In this document: positions 18,134-27,500 of the stretch, piece by piece | Layout: each line of letters starts with the position of its first letter | Position numbering within the stretch: position 1 is the stretch's first letter | Made by a program: the position numbers and the translations under genes | IMG/VR virus record: IMGVR_UViG_3300028805_002025 | Location: 128,001 to 192,000 of that record | Direction: 5' to 3' (one strand) | Length of the DNA: 64,000 nt | DNA from: a virus | Taxonomy: Duplodnaviria > Caudoviricetes | Notes under the pieces: generated by a model | The model's input: only the letters and a program-made list of their open reading frames with translations | What the model was told of the DNA's origin: nothing | Databases searched by the model: none

Positions 18134-18183
18134 TGCAAAAGTATACAAAAAAAGTGAGATAACCAAAACTATCTCACTTTTTT
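18134..18183 (-). promoter_or_regulatory. fused terminator / sigma-A promoter
   Basis: GTGAGATAG-TTTTGG-TTATCTCAC-T7-GTA-TACTTTTG; close copy of 180-229. Confidence 0.8.
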
Positions 18184-18191
18184 AATATATT

Positions 18192-18707
18192 TTAACCAAT
18201 TACAGATTCTATCTCCTCAAACACACCATCGTTTCCAACGAATGTAAGAGTCTTCTTGTTAGGAATCTTACTGAAGTCGCATATTGCGTTGAACTTACTG
18301 AACTCTTCAGTACCATCCTCCAATAGCATGAATACTGGAACATTATTGTCTGAAGCAAACCACATCATGTAGAAATCCCTATCGCTGTTTGAAGCGATAT
18401 CACGAATTCTCTTAATGAGGTTGTCCTCATTCCTGTTACCCATAGATACCTTGGTACACTCACGCTTTCCGTTCTTCCTGGTGATTTTCCTTATCTCGCA
18501 AGGCTCAACGTAGAGTCTGTCATTGTGGATAAGGAGTGCAGAATACTTGGTCTTTCTCCTTCCCCTGCAATTTGCACGGTCTCTAAAGATTAAACTACTG
18601 TCACACAGACCTATATGCGTCTGGTGAGTTCTTCCTGTTTTACTCAAGTCAGAATTAGTCAGCTTCTTTACTGATATTCTCCTCTCTGGATTTAATTTTA
18701 CTCTCAT
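18192..18707 (-). CDS. hypothetical protein, possible EcoRII-N/B3-like DNA-binding fold
   Basis: KKLTNSDLSKTGRTHQTHIGL N-terminal motif; basic protein. Confidence 0.55.
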   Translation of the reverse strand: MRVKLNPERRISVKKLTNSDLSKTGRTHQTHIGLCDSSLIFRDRANCRGRRKTKYSALLIHNDRLYVEPCEIRKITRKNGKRECTKVSMGNRNEDNLIKRIRDIASNSDRDFYMMWFASDNNVPVFMLLEDGTEEFSKFNAICDFSKIPNKKTLTFVGNDGVFEEIESVIG

Positions 18708-19056
18708 AACTGTCTAAAATTTGTTTAGTTCTTACTTTGAATTTATCATAACACTTATCGCATAACTGGTATATCCAGCCAATAGTCTCTTTTGGCTCTG
18801 TTGGCTCTCCACATTCCTCGCATACATGTGAGGATTGCTCTGAAGCCTTCATAATATCCTCCAGAAGCCCGTTCTCATACCTCGATAGGTAGATATTAAG
18901 CCTACCGAATTTCTCCTTAACCTGGAGGATTTCTATGGGGTCTGGATTATCCTTGTTTATCTCCTCTACCTTATCGAGTATTGGTTGGTAAAGGTTCTTC
19001 CAACCCTTACCACACTCAATACCGAATAATTCATAAGGATGTTTCAATTTATTCAT
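18655..19056 (-). CDS. conserved phage protein with Zn-ribbon
   Basis: ECGKGW, QVKEKFGRLNIY, CEECG...LCDKC; ATG overlaps the recA stop region. Confidence 0.75.
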   Translation of the reverse strand: MNKLKHPYELFGIECGKGWKNLYQPILDKVEEINKDNPDPIEILQVKEKFGRLNIYLSRYENGLLEDIMKASEQSSHVCEECGEPTEPKETIGWIYQLCDKCYDKFKVRTKQILDSYESKIKSREENISKEAD

Positions 19057-20233
19057 CTGCTTCTTCCTCCGCAAATCTGATGTCTGCCTCACTGATATTG
19101 CTAGCACCATTTTCCTCAAGTTTTGTAAGTATATCCTTCACATATATCTTCTTGTATTCATCAAGCTTCTCTGGACTTAGCAGACCATTGTGTACACATG
19201 ACATTTCACCCTCGTATGTAATATTCCAAGGAGTTGGCAACTGGTTCTTGGTAGTTCTAATCTTGGTAGTGATACCGTAGTTGTAGGTCTGTCCCTTCGC
19301 AGTAGCCGTAAGCTTCTTAGTAGCAGCTTTACCAATACCTCCAAGGTGTATTATCAATCTAGCACCATAGAACATGGTCTTACCACCCTTTAACTCAATT
19401 GAAGGTACACCACCCATTGAGTTCATGGAGTCATTCCAAATCTTATTCACACAGAAGAATGTGTTTGTATAAGGTTCACTAATCTTCTTTGATGAAGGAA
19501 TTCTATTGTTGATAATGTCCTGGAATGCCTGTGAAATAGCACCAGCATCAAACATGTTATTTCCTGTCTTACTCTCAAGTGACTTGAATGACTGTATAGA
19601 ACCGATTGAGTCCCAAATGAAGCATATTGGCTGCTGAATATCGCCTCTGTCCTGCGCATCGAGGATGTCAGTTATTGAATAAGCTATGTCCTCAAGAACA
19701 GCCTGCTTACGCTTTGTCTTAGACTCCTTACCTGTTGAATAGTCCCTGTTTCCATAGACCTCAGCAAGAATCTTATTATCGTAGTAAATAAACGGTCCAT
19801 CGTAGTCGATGATTCTATTCTCCATGTGGGTAGTAATCTCCCCTGTCTCTGGGTCAACATCCTCAACCTCAACGTCACCATAGATAGGCGTAGCCTTCAT
19901 TCCACAGTCGATTGCATATTTGAAGTCAAAGTTATTCTCAGTCTCATATATAACTGGAAGAATACCGTTATTGATACATGATGCAATAAGGCAGTTCTTT
20001 ATGGTTGACTTACCAGTGTTAGACCATCCAGTAACAATTGTTAGGTATCCCTTTGGTATTCCTGGAAGCTTAATAGCATCAGAGAATGCCTCTGGAAGTG
20101 GTATAAAATCCATTGGTTTATCCGCTGCCGACATAACCAGGTCAGCATCTGACTTCATCTTCAGGCCAAGCTTCTCCTTTATACTGTGAATGTCTGGTCT
20201 CTTAAATTCCTTTTTCTTAACTGGTTGTTTCAT
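19049..20233 (-). CDS. recA: RecA/UvsX-like recombinase
   Basis: GIPKGYLTIVTGWSNTGKS Walker A, FIWDSIG Walker B, KGGKTMFY, TKNQL. Confidence 0.85.
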   Translation of the reverse strand: MKQPVKKKEFKRPDIHSIKEKLGLKMKSDADLVMSAADKPMDFIPLPEAFSDAIKLPGIPKGYLTIVTGWSNTGKSTIKNCLIASCINNGILPVIYETENNFDFKYAIDCGMKATPIYGDVEVEDVDPETGEITTHMENRIIDYDGPFIYYDNKILAEVYGNRDYSTGKESKTKRKQAVLEDIAYSITDILDAQDRGDIQQPICFIWDSIGSIQSFKSLESKTGNNMFDAGAISQAFQDIINNRIPSSKKISEPYTNTFFCVNKIWNDSMNSMGGVPSIELKGGKTMFYGARLIIHLGGIGKAATKKLTATAKGQTYNYGITTKIRTTKNQLPTPWNITYEGEMSCVHNGLLSPEKLDEYKKIYVKDILTKLEENGASNISEADIRFAEEEADE

Positions 20234-20235
20234 AT

Positions 20236-20853
20236 CTATTCACTCTCTTTTAATTGCTTATCCCTTATTTTATTCTTCCAGCACTTTCTGCATATGGACT
20301 TGTAGATATCGTTTCCACCTACCATAATCTGTTCTCCCTCAGTGACAATTTCACCGTTCTCATCGAACCTTGCATTGATTGATGTCTTTCTCTCACCACA
20401 TGGACAAGTTGACTTAATCTCTTCAATTTCATCAGCTAGTTCAAACAGTCTCTTCGATGCTGGGAACAGCTTGCTCTGGAAATCAGTTCTGAGTCCAAAG
20501 CACATGACGTTTATTCCCAAGAAATCAACAACATCTGACAGCTCGTCAATCTGTTTCTCGGTCAAGAACTGGCACTCATCTATGAGCACCCACTTAAGGT
20601 TGTGGAATTGCGCCTCCAAGATGTTCCTGTAGTCCTTTATAGCCTTATATAGGTTAACGTCTGGGTCAACCATCACGCACTTCCTTTCAAGCCCTACACG
20701 GGACTTTATAATGCCTTCGCCATCCCTGGTGTCAGCAGATGGCTTAAGGCACATAATATCAAGTCCATTTTCTTCAAAATTGTATGCTGTTGTAAGGAGT
20801 CGTAGTGATTTTGCACTATTCATACTCCCGTAATAGAAGAAAAGTTTGTTCAT
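20236..20853 (-). CDS. tdk: thymidine kinase
   Basis: YGSMNSAKS, LIDECQF, FGLRTDF, CPCG...YKSICRKC. Confidence 0.95.
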   Translation of the reverse strand: MNKLFFYYGSMNSAKSLRLLTTAYNFEENGLDIMCLKPSADTRDGEGIIKSRVGLERKCVMVDPDVNLYKAIKDYRNILEAQFHNLKWVLIDECQFLTEKQIDELSDVVDFLGINVMCFGLRTDFQSKLFPASKRLFELADEIEEIKSTCPCGERKTSINARFDENGEIVTEGEQIMVGGNDIYKSICRKCWKNKIRDKQLKESE

Positions 20854-20879
20854 TCATAACAATATTTACCTAAGTTATT

Positions 20880-21902
20880 TTAGAATGGCAGGTCTTCAAC
20901 TTCATCCTCAGTGTCGAACTTAGCACCATCTATAATTCCATCAGTAGCAACATCAGCAGCTTTCTCAGCGTCTGCTATTGCACCATAGTCCTTTGATGCT
21001 GTTGCAGCCTCAGCAAGTTTCTCTTCCTCTGCCTCAACCTTCAACTTCTCCATGTCTTCCTTGCTGACATACTTGTTAAGTTCTTTGTTAAACACAGGTA
21101 CTTTACCCTCTGCCACTATAGCCATGTAGTCATATGGCTTAACGGTATAAACCTCATACCACTTCTTCTCATCGTTAATCCAGCTCTCACCAAGTTCATA
21201 GTCCTCTGTGATAGGTGAAGGGATTCCACTGTCAAGAATAAGTGTTGTTGTCTTACCATCAGCACCTTTAGTCAGTGTGATGATAAGGTCAAGTCCGTTA
21301 TTAACATCATAAATACTGTAGTTATTTCCCTTAGCTGCTGCTGCCTCACTCCTTACCTTTGCGAGGTTTCTAATCTGGTCAAATACTCCTTTTCCCTGCC
21401 TGTTGTCTGGGAAAAGCCAGAATTTAACACCGTCTTCCTCATGTCCACGCTCAATACAACGGACAATCCACATGTCCTTTGCCTTGTTCAAAAACTCCAC
21501 ATCACCGTACTTCTTCTTGGTTGGTTCGTCAAGTGCCTGGCTCTTAAGCTCCTTTGCCTTGGTAGAAATCTCACAGAATGGACACTTATCACCCATCAGT
21601 TTACCATCTACCTTGTTCTTTATAGGGCACACGAAAGCCTTCCACCCATTAGGCGAAATCTCCTTGTTTACACGAACAGTGTGCATGTGAATCTTTTGGA
21701 ATGCTGTATTGCTATCTGGAGTGATAGGCAATAATCTGATTGTTAAGGTCTTAGAAGTCTCCTTTTCACCCAATCTTGCTTGTAAATAATTCTTTGTGTC
21801 AAACTGAGTCTTCTTAGTTTTTACTTGTGGTGTATGCACCTCCGCATACTGTCTCTCGACTTCCTCTGCGCTAATATTTGCGCTAAACTTTTTGGTTTCC
21901 AT
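20880..21902 (-). CDS. single-stranded DNA-binding protein, T4 gp32-like
   Basis: IRLLP, H...CP...CPFC Zn site, GVKFW, GLDLIIT, acidic tail ending EDLPF. Confidence 0.8.
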   Translation of the reverse strand: METKKFSANISAEEVERQYAEVHTPQVKTKKTQFDTKNYLQARLGEKETSKTLTIRLLPITPDSNTAFQKIHMHTVRVNKEISPNGWKAFVCPIKNKVDGKLMGDKCPFCEISTKAKELKSQALDEPTKKKYGDVEFLNKAKDMWIVRCIERGHEEDGVKFWLFPDNRQGKGVFDQIRNLAKVRSEAAAAKGNNYSIYDVNNGLDLIITLTKGADGKTTTLILDSGIPSPITEDYELGESWINDEKKWYEVYTVKPYDYMAIVAEGKVPVFNKELNKYVSKEDMEKLKVEAEEEKLAEAATASKDYGAIADAEKAADVATDGIIDGAKFDTEDEVEDLPF

Positions 21903-21963
21903 AAAAAAAATATTGTTAAAAAAATTATTGTATGCATGTCAGAACATGCTTAAAGTTTTCTAA

Positions 21964-22032
21964 TGCAAAGATATATAAAAAATGTTAAAAAAACAAGAAA
22001 ATTCCCGATTATTTTCGTTATAATCGGGAAAA
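21964..22032 (-). promoter_or_regulatory. terminator hairpin followed by sigma-A promoter
   Basis: TTCCCGATTAT/ATAATCGGGAA stem, then CTTG-N20-TATCTTTG. Confidence 0.8.
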
Positions 22033-22035
22033 TTT

Positions 22036-22254
22036 TTATCTGATATTACTCAAATAGTTCTCCACGACCGTTTCAGCCCCATCGAAGTCAATCACACGCT
22101 TCAGCTCCTCTATGAACGGACTAGGTTCTGCCATCTTAATCATGGCGTAGAAATCCTCGAATGATGTGGCTATATCATAGCCTGTTATCTCGTCCTCGTT
22201 CAATTTCTGCTGGAGCTTTGAATATGCTTCCTCAGTTAATCTAATTTTCTTCAT
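22036..22254 (-). CDS. small acidic protein with KKIRLTE leader
   Basis: MKKIRLTEEAYSKLQQKLNE, similar to 55225..55440. Confidence 0.7.
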   Translation of the reverse strand: MKKIRLTEEAYSKLQQKLNEDEITGYDIATSFEDFYAMIKMAEPSPFIEELKRVIDFDGAETVVENYLSNIR

Positions 22255-23153
22255 TATAGTTTAAACATTTTCTCTAGGGTCTGAATGTCATCATCAGCGA
22301 TGCTGAATGACTTTGATATGTCGGTTGGCGTATCTTCCAAATCCTCGTCAGTAATCGTATACTGGTCTTCAACTGGTTTGTCATTGTCAGCATAAAGCTC
22401 GTAGTTGTTCCTCTCCTTCATCTTCTGACTCCAGAATCCGTCTGGTGTTACATTAAATGGGAATGAGTCAAACACACCACGCATATCAAGCTTCTCTGTC
22501 TGTGTTGGATTTCTCTTTTCAAACTCAGCCTTTAAGTTCTCAAGCTCACTGTTATTCTGGTCTAGTCTGTCCTGGAATCCCTTGATTGTGTCTATGAGCT
22601 TTATAATTCTATCATCTACCTTAGCAAGGTCTCTACCAACCTGGTTCTGCTTAACGTCAAGCTTCTCCTGTGCGGTTGTAAGCCCCTCTATGTCGATTGT
22701 ATCACCATCCATTTCACCCTCATCACCAGCAGGCTCTTCACCCCCACGCTGGTCTGCAAATGGGTCTTCACCAGTATCAGGTCCAATCGGTGCTGATGCG
22801 TCTGGCATTGGCTGTCCCATAGCATTTGGGTCAGCTCCCATATCCTGTCCACCCATTGCATTAGGGTCTCCACCAGCTGCTGCGTTAGGGTCTGCACCCA
22901 TTGCATTAGGGTCAGCACCTGGCATACCGCCTCCCATAGCGTTAGGGTCACCAGCAGGAGCACCACCCATTGCATTAGGGTCTCCACCTGGAGCTGCTGC
23001 GTTAGGGTCTTGTTCTCCTTCCTCGTCCATTACGACACCATGAATCATTTCTGGGAATGGTCTACCGTATGAAGCCTCAGCAAGCTGCATGAAGTGCTTG
23101 TGTGCCTCATATAGGTTATTTTCCTTAAGATACTTAATATTTGTGTTAGCCAT
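22254..23153 (-). CDS. acidic low-complexity plus coiled-coil protein, candidate prohead core/scaffold component
   Basis: seven DPNA repeats, coiled coil, in an operon downstream of a late motif. Confidence 0.65.
   Translation of the reverse strand: MANTNIKYLKENNLYEAHKHFMQLAEASYGRPFPEMIHGVVMDEEGEQDPNAAAPGGDPNAMGGAPAGDPNAMGGGMPGADPNAMGADPNAAAGGDPNAMGGQDMGADPNAMGQPMPDASAPIGPDTGEDPFADQRGGEEPAGDEGEMDGDTIDIEGLTTAQEKLDVKQNQVGRDLAKVDDRIIKLIDTIKGFQDRLDQNNSELENLKAEFEKRNPTQTEKLDMRGVFDSFPFNVTPDGFWSQKMKERNNYELYADNDKPVEDQYTITDEDLEDTPTDISKSFSIADDDIQTLEKMFKL
22815..23010 (-). repeat. in-frame DPNA(M/A) peptide repeats, 7 copies
   Basis: recurring gc(a/g)ttagggtc on + strand with variable spacers. Confidence 0.85.
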
Positions 23154-23160
23154 CTTTATA

Positions 23161-23418
23161 TTAGTCGTTCAAAAGCTCTTTATTATCCTCTGTCAAGATT
23201 GTCTTAGAACTCTCGGTTCTCTCTATCAAGCCCTTATCCTTCTTCACTCTCTTGAATGAAGAGGCTGGAGTCTTACCGCCAAGCACTTCCTGTGCCATTG
23301 CAATCTTCTCTTCTGTTGTCATAACGGTCTTGTTTTCGTTTATGTTATTTTCCTCACTCACGCTAGCAGGTTTCTGTGGCGTGAAATTGTTGATATGTTT
23401 TATTATAAAACGTCCCAT
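23161..23418 (-). CDS. hypothetical late protein
   Basis: 85 aa; KDKGLIERTE...ILTEDNKELLND. Confidence 0.75.
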   Translation of the reverse strand: MGRFIIKHINNFTPQKPASVSEENNINENKTVMTTEEKIAMAQEVLGGKTPASSFKRVKKDKGLIERTESSKTILTEDNKELLND

Positions 23419-23434
23419 AGTAATAATAATTTAC

Positions 23435-23442
23435 TATAAATA
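23435..23442 (-). promoter_or_regulatory. putative late promoter TATTTATA
   Basis: about 17 nt before ATG. Confidence 0.6.
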
Positions 23443-23447
23443 TCTGA

Positions 23448-23852
23448 TTACTCAAAAAATACCGATTTATCGTCTATCTTTGTGAGATTTGAGACTGAAA
23501 GCTCACCGTTTGTTAGAATGATTAGCTTATCCTTGTAGGAATCCCAATCAATCAGATACTCGTTGTTTGGCTTGTCGTCTTCCTTTTCCTTTTCTATGAG
23601 CTTGTTAAGGGCATTTATAGAGAATAGACAGCCGTTCTTAACATGCATGACCGTAGCATTGTTAATCTTCTTAATAAACTTGTCCTTATCAAAAGTCTTG
23701 AAGGTAACAAGATATTCAACCTGGTTAGTATCTATGGAATAGATGAAAACCTTGTCAAGCTTTATCTTGTACTCACTCCTAAGCATTTCAAGAAAGGATA
23801 AGATTCTATTTTTCTTTACAAATCTTCCAATTATAATTCCGTTTGTGCTCAT
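23448..23852 (-). CDS. hypothetical protein
   Basis: 134 aa; LFSINALNKLI. Confidence 0.75.
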   Translation of the reverse strand: MSTNGIIIGRFVKKNRILSFLEMLRSEYKIKLDKVFIYSIDTNQVEYLVTFKTFDKDKFIKKINNATVMHVKNGCLFSINALNKLIEKEKEDDKPNNEYLIDWDSYKDKLIILTNGELSVSNLTKIDDKSVFFE

Positions 23853-23861
23853 TTTATTTTA

Positions 23862-24452
23862 TTAACTTGATATGAAGTACGGTATGGCGTACTTCTTATT
23901 TCCCAAGAACCTGGAGAGTTTATTCAACCCCCTGCTGGTATTGTAGAACAACATGTTATTTGGGTTAGAGTCCAACAAGGATAACACCTTGTCTCGTTTT
24001 ATTCCGCAGTACTCAAGTACCTCTAAGGATACTCCAAGAACCTTATTGTTGTACATGGTGTACATAAGACCATTGTTTATATAAATATTTTTTCTATCGT
24101 CAGAATTAAATATATTATATAGTTTTTTTAATTTACTATATTTCAATTTCAATATATCTATATAATAATATTCTAGATTATTTAGTATATTATTACGCAC
24201 GAAGGTATAGAACTTCTTCAAGTCCTGCTCAAACTCATATCGGCTTTCACTCTTCTTGAAAGTCCAGAACAACTTGTCACCAAGCTTCCTATCCAGGATG
24301 TTGTTATAACCCTCGAATGTCTTTGCATTCTGCCATCCAATGATAAGAATAGGTTTTGTGGGGTCAGCCTCCGAATAGTCATTGACCTGCTCCACAAAAC
24401 CCTCAATATCATTTAACTTTCTATCCGTAACTATATATCCTATCGTCTTCAT
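23862..24452 (-). CDS. hypothetical protein (start revised to MKTIGYIV)
   Basis: ATG at 24452 lies just downstream of the promoter at 24466-24500; the longer ORF-track version overlaps the baseplate gene. Confidence 0.75.
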   Translation of the reverse strand: MKTIGYIVTDRKLNDIEGFVEQVNDYSEADPTKPILIIGWQNAKTFEGYNNILDRKLGDKLFWTFKKSESRYEFEQDLKKFYTFVRNNILNNLEYYYIDILKLKYSKLKKLYNIFNSDDRKNIYINNGLMYTMYNNKVLGVSLEVLEYCGIKRDKVLSLLDSNPNNMLFYNTSRGLNKLSRFLGNKKYAIPYFISS

Positions 24453-24465
24453 AACACTAATTTTA

Positions 24466-24500
24466 TGCAAAGATATATAAAAAAAGTTAAAAAAACAAAT
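24466..24500 (-). promoter_or_regulatory. sigma-A promoter
   Basis: TTTG-N20-TATCTTTG. Confidence 0.8.
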
Positions 24501-24501
24501 T

Positions 24502-27500
24502 TTAAGCCTTATTTCCAGTGTACCTGTAGATGAAATATGGAAGTTTATACCCCTTAGAGTCTGGATAGTTCCACTTTTTCTTTCTACTATTCCAGTCATT
24601 TCCATAAGGTGACATCTTTCCTCCCTGGTTGAAATCAGACCACCATCCATCGCCAGTGTACATACATGCATGGTATGCTCCAGGTTCTCCCTTGTCTACG
24701 TCCCAACCGATGATTGAAACGTCTCCAGGCTGAACTTTGAAATCAGTGTTTCTACTATTCTTCGTACAAGTTCCAGAATACTCTAGGTTAAATCCGTATT
24801 TCTTCAAGACACCTCTGTAGTGAAGGTTTGTAGCAGCACCAGAGCCGCCACACTGCATTCTTGGTAAACCTCCAGCGTGTATAGCATCTTCAACATACGT
24901 AGCACACTTTCCGTTTCCGTATGGAGGAGGATTTGTTATTGCATGGGACTTGAACCATCTGATAGTTGCTGAGATATTCCAATCCTTGATTCTCAAGTCT
25001 CCAGCACTATCCTTCTTAGGTTCTACTCCAGAGCTAGTTCCAGTATTATCGATACTGGTTTCACATGTAGGACATTCTCCTGGTACATAATCTTTTAACA
25101 TTTCCTGTTTTCCTCTAAACTGAGGTACTTCCTTAACCAGTATCTTGTTATTAACTGGGTCTGGATACCTCTTAGCTATAGCCCTAAGGAACTTCTCGTT
25201 TATCTGTGTAGGGTCGTTAGGAATATCAGTCCTGCTGGTTTGCGTGTCGCTCTCCTTCAAGATAAATATCGACCTATTGGCTATCTTAGGGTTCTCAGCC
25301 ACAGTAGCCACGATTGCAATAGGTTCTTCATTAGGTGCGTTGTTGTAATACCAGATTAGATTCTGGACATACTGATAGTAACCATTTAGAATAATATCGA
25401 AAACGTTTCCAAGTTTATCTCTCTTTCCGTCTTTCTGCTTGAACATTATCAAACCACCATCCTTGTAAGTAGGGTCGAGGTTGACCGACGTAGAAGGCGA
25501 TGACCATGCTGAATCCTGTACTGCCTTGAAGAATAACTCTGGGAAGTTCTTTGTATTGTGCTTAGGGTCTGTTGACGTACTCTTTGTACTACCACCTTCC
25601 TTGTAGCCATTATAAACTTTCTCAGCCCAGTCCATTCTATCGTCAAGATGTGCATCAGCAGGATTAGGGTTTTCATATCCAGCATACTGACTCTTAGAGC
25701 TTTTTCCATTACAGAAGATGTGAGCCGCATCCCTAGGATTTGTAGCACCACTAAGCTTTTTCCAAAGTTTTTGCTCTTTTACATTAGTGTTGTTATACAG
25801 AGACTTAACCACAAAATTACATTGGTATTCAGCACTCTTATCCTTCAAACGCTCCTTAACGGTGTTTACTGTACTAGGGACATAATGTGATGTATAGTTT
25901 CCATGTCCATAGTTCTGATAATCGTTATCTAGCATCTGATGAAGCGTGTAATAACTGTCATTCCACATACAAAGACCAGCGGCCACATATTTTTTATCAT
26001 TAGGATTAATAGCCTGTGGGTTGAATCTGTATGGATTTACACCTTTAACAGGTCCTGTCTCAACTGCCATATTGCCTACGATACCAGCGGCAACTATTTT
26101 CTTTTCACTATCACTCATTCCACTAGGCATACAACTCATGAGAATCTTCATCAGCTTATAGGCGTTCTCTGTCTCGCTTCCACTCATAGTAACACCATCT
26201 TCATCCTCAGATACTGGAAATATCTTGTATGGACAGTCGTTGTTAACGTCAGCCTTGCTGCTGCTATCGTTGCTTGATGGATTTACATCATCAGTGTTCT
26301 CGTCAGTTTCATCAGTGAATATATTCTCAACAAGCCTGTTGGATACGTTAGCCATCCTGCATCCTACAATTTCAGTGGTCATATCTCCAGGTCTCATCCT
26401 GTGAGTTACCTTCATAATCATGTAAGAACCTCTGAACATTGGTATATTCAGAAGAACAAAGTACATAAGTGGCTGTATCCATGCACAACCCATCATTTCA
26501 ACTCTACAGGTGTATGACTGGTTTGTATAGATATCGTACAAGTCCTGTGAGGTTGAAATCTTTCTCTGGTCATTTCTACTTGCGCTTAGTATGGAGTGCT
26601 TTGCAATAATAGCCTGCTGGGTCATTATAGGATTCTGCATGTCAACACGCACATCCTTGAAATAGCTCTGATACTGCCTTCCATAAGATACTCCGAACGC
26701 TGGTATCTTGTAGTATGTACTAGACTCTGATGACTCGTCGTCAGAACTACCCCTAGACCTAATTGCAAGTGGTGTCTCCAGTTCATCGTTAAGCATGAAT
26801 CCATCGTCATTGAACTCACTGTTTGATACATTGAGGCTCTTTGATGCTGCGTAAGTATACACAACGACGAAATCTGGGTGCTTCTTAGGCATTCCCATCT
26901 TCATGTAAGGGATAGGATGGAACAAGTCCTCCATACCCTTTGAAAGGTCTCTGAAGTTCTGTATACACTTCATCATACACCTATGCTCAGCATATACCTC
27001 AGCCAGAAAGTTGAACAACATCACATTAACATCACTGTATGACATTGAAAGCATTATCTTATCAGCCAGTTTCAGTGGGTTTATGAGCAACTTGTTTCCT
27101 ACCTTGTTGTAGTATGAGTCAATGAAGTGGAACAAGTGTCCTGTTGACTCACTTGTTTCGCCACTAGTTCCTCCACTTTCAGTGAAGAACGTCTCATAAT
27201 TCCATTCTCTCTTGTCAGTGGTTGGAATCCACTTATCGAATACCTGTTTCAAGTACCTGTACAACTCAATTTTCATGTCCTCAGTTGTCTGTGAAGGCTC
27301 TTTTGCAATGGTAGTAGCATTATTGGTAGCCTCCTGTGGCTGTCCGATGTTAAGTAGCTCCCTAAGCTTTGTCAAGAATGAATCAAGGTAAACCTCTACC
27401 TGCGTCTTATCAAGCTTGAATGCAGCCCTTGACAATGAAGTACCGTCGCCAGCATCAACAGAGGCGTTTACATTGCCTCTCACAAACATTATTGGTGACA

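Noticed and set aside
22815-23010. CRISPR array
   Set aside because: Repeats are short, in frame, vary at synonymous positions and have irregular spacers; no cas genes in the window.
24453-24671. Extended N-termini given by the ORF track (also 38142, 38681, 45935, 46639, 47474)
   Set aside because: Extensions run through promoters, terminators or neighbouring genes; downstream ATGs fit the promoter positions.
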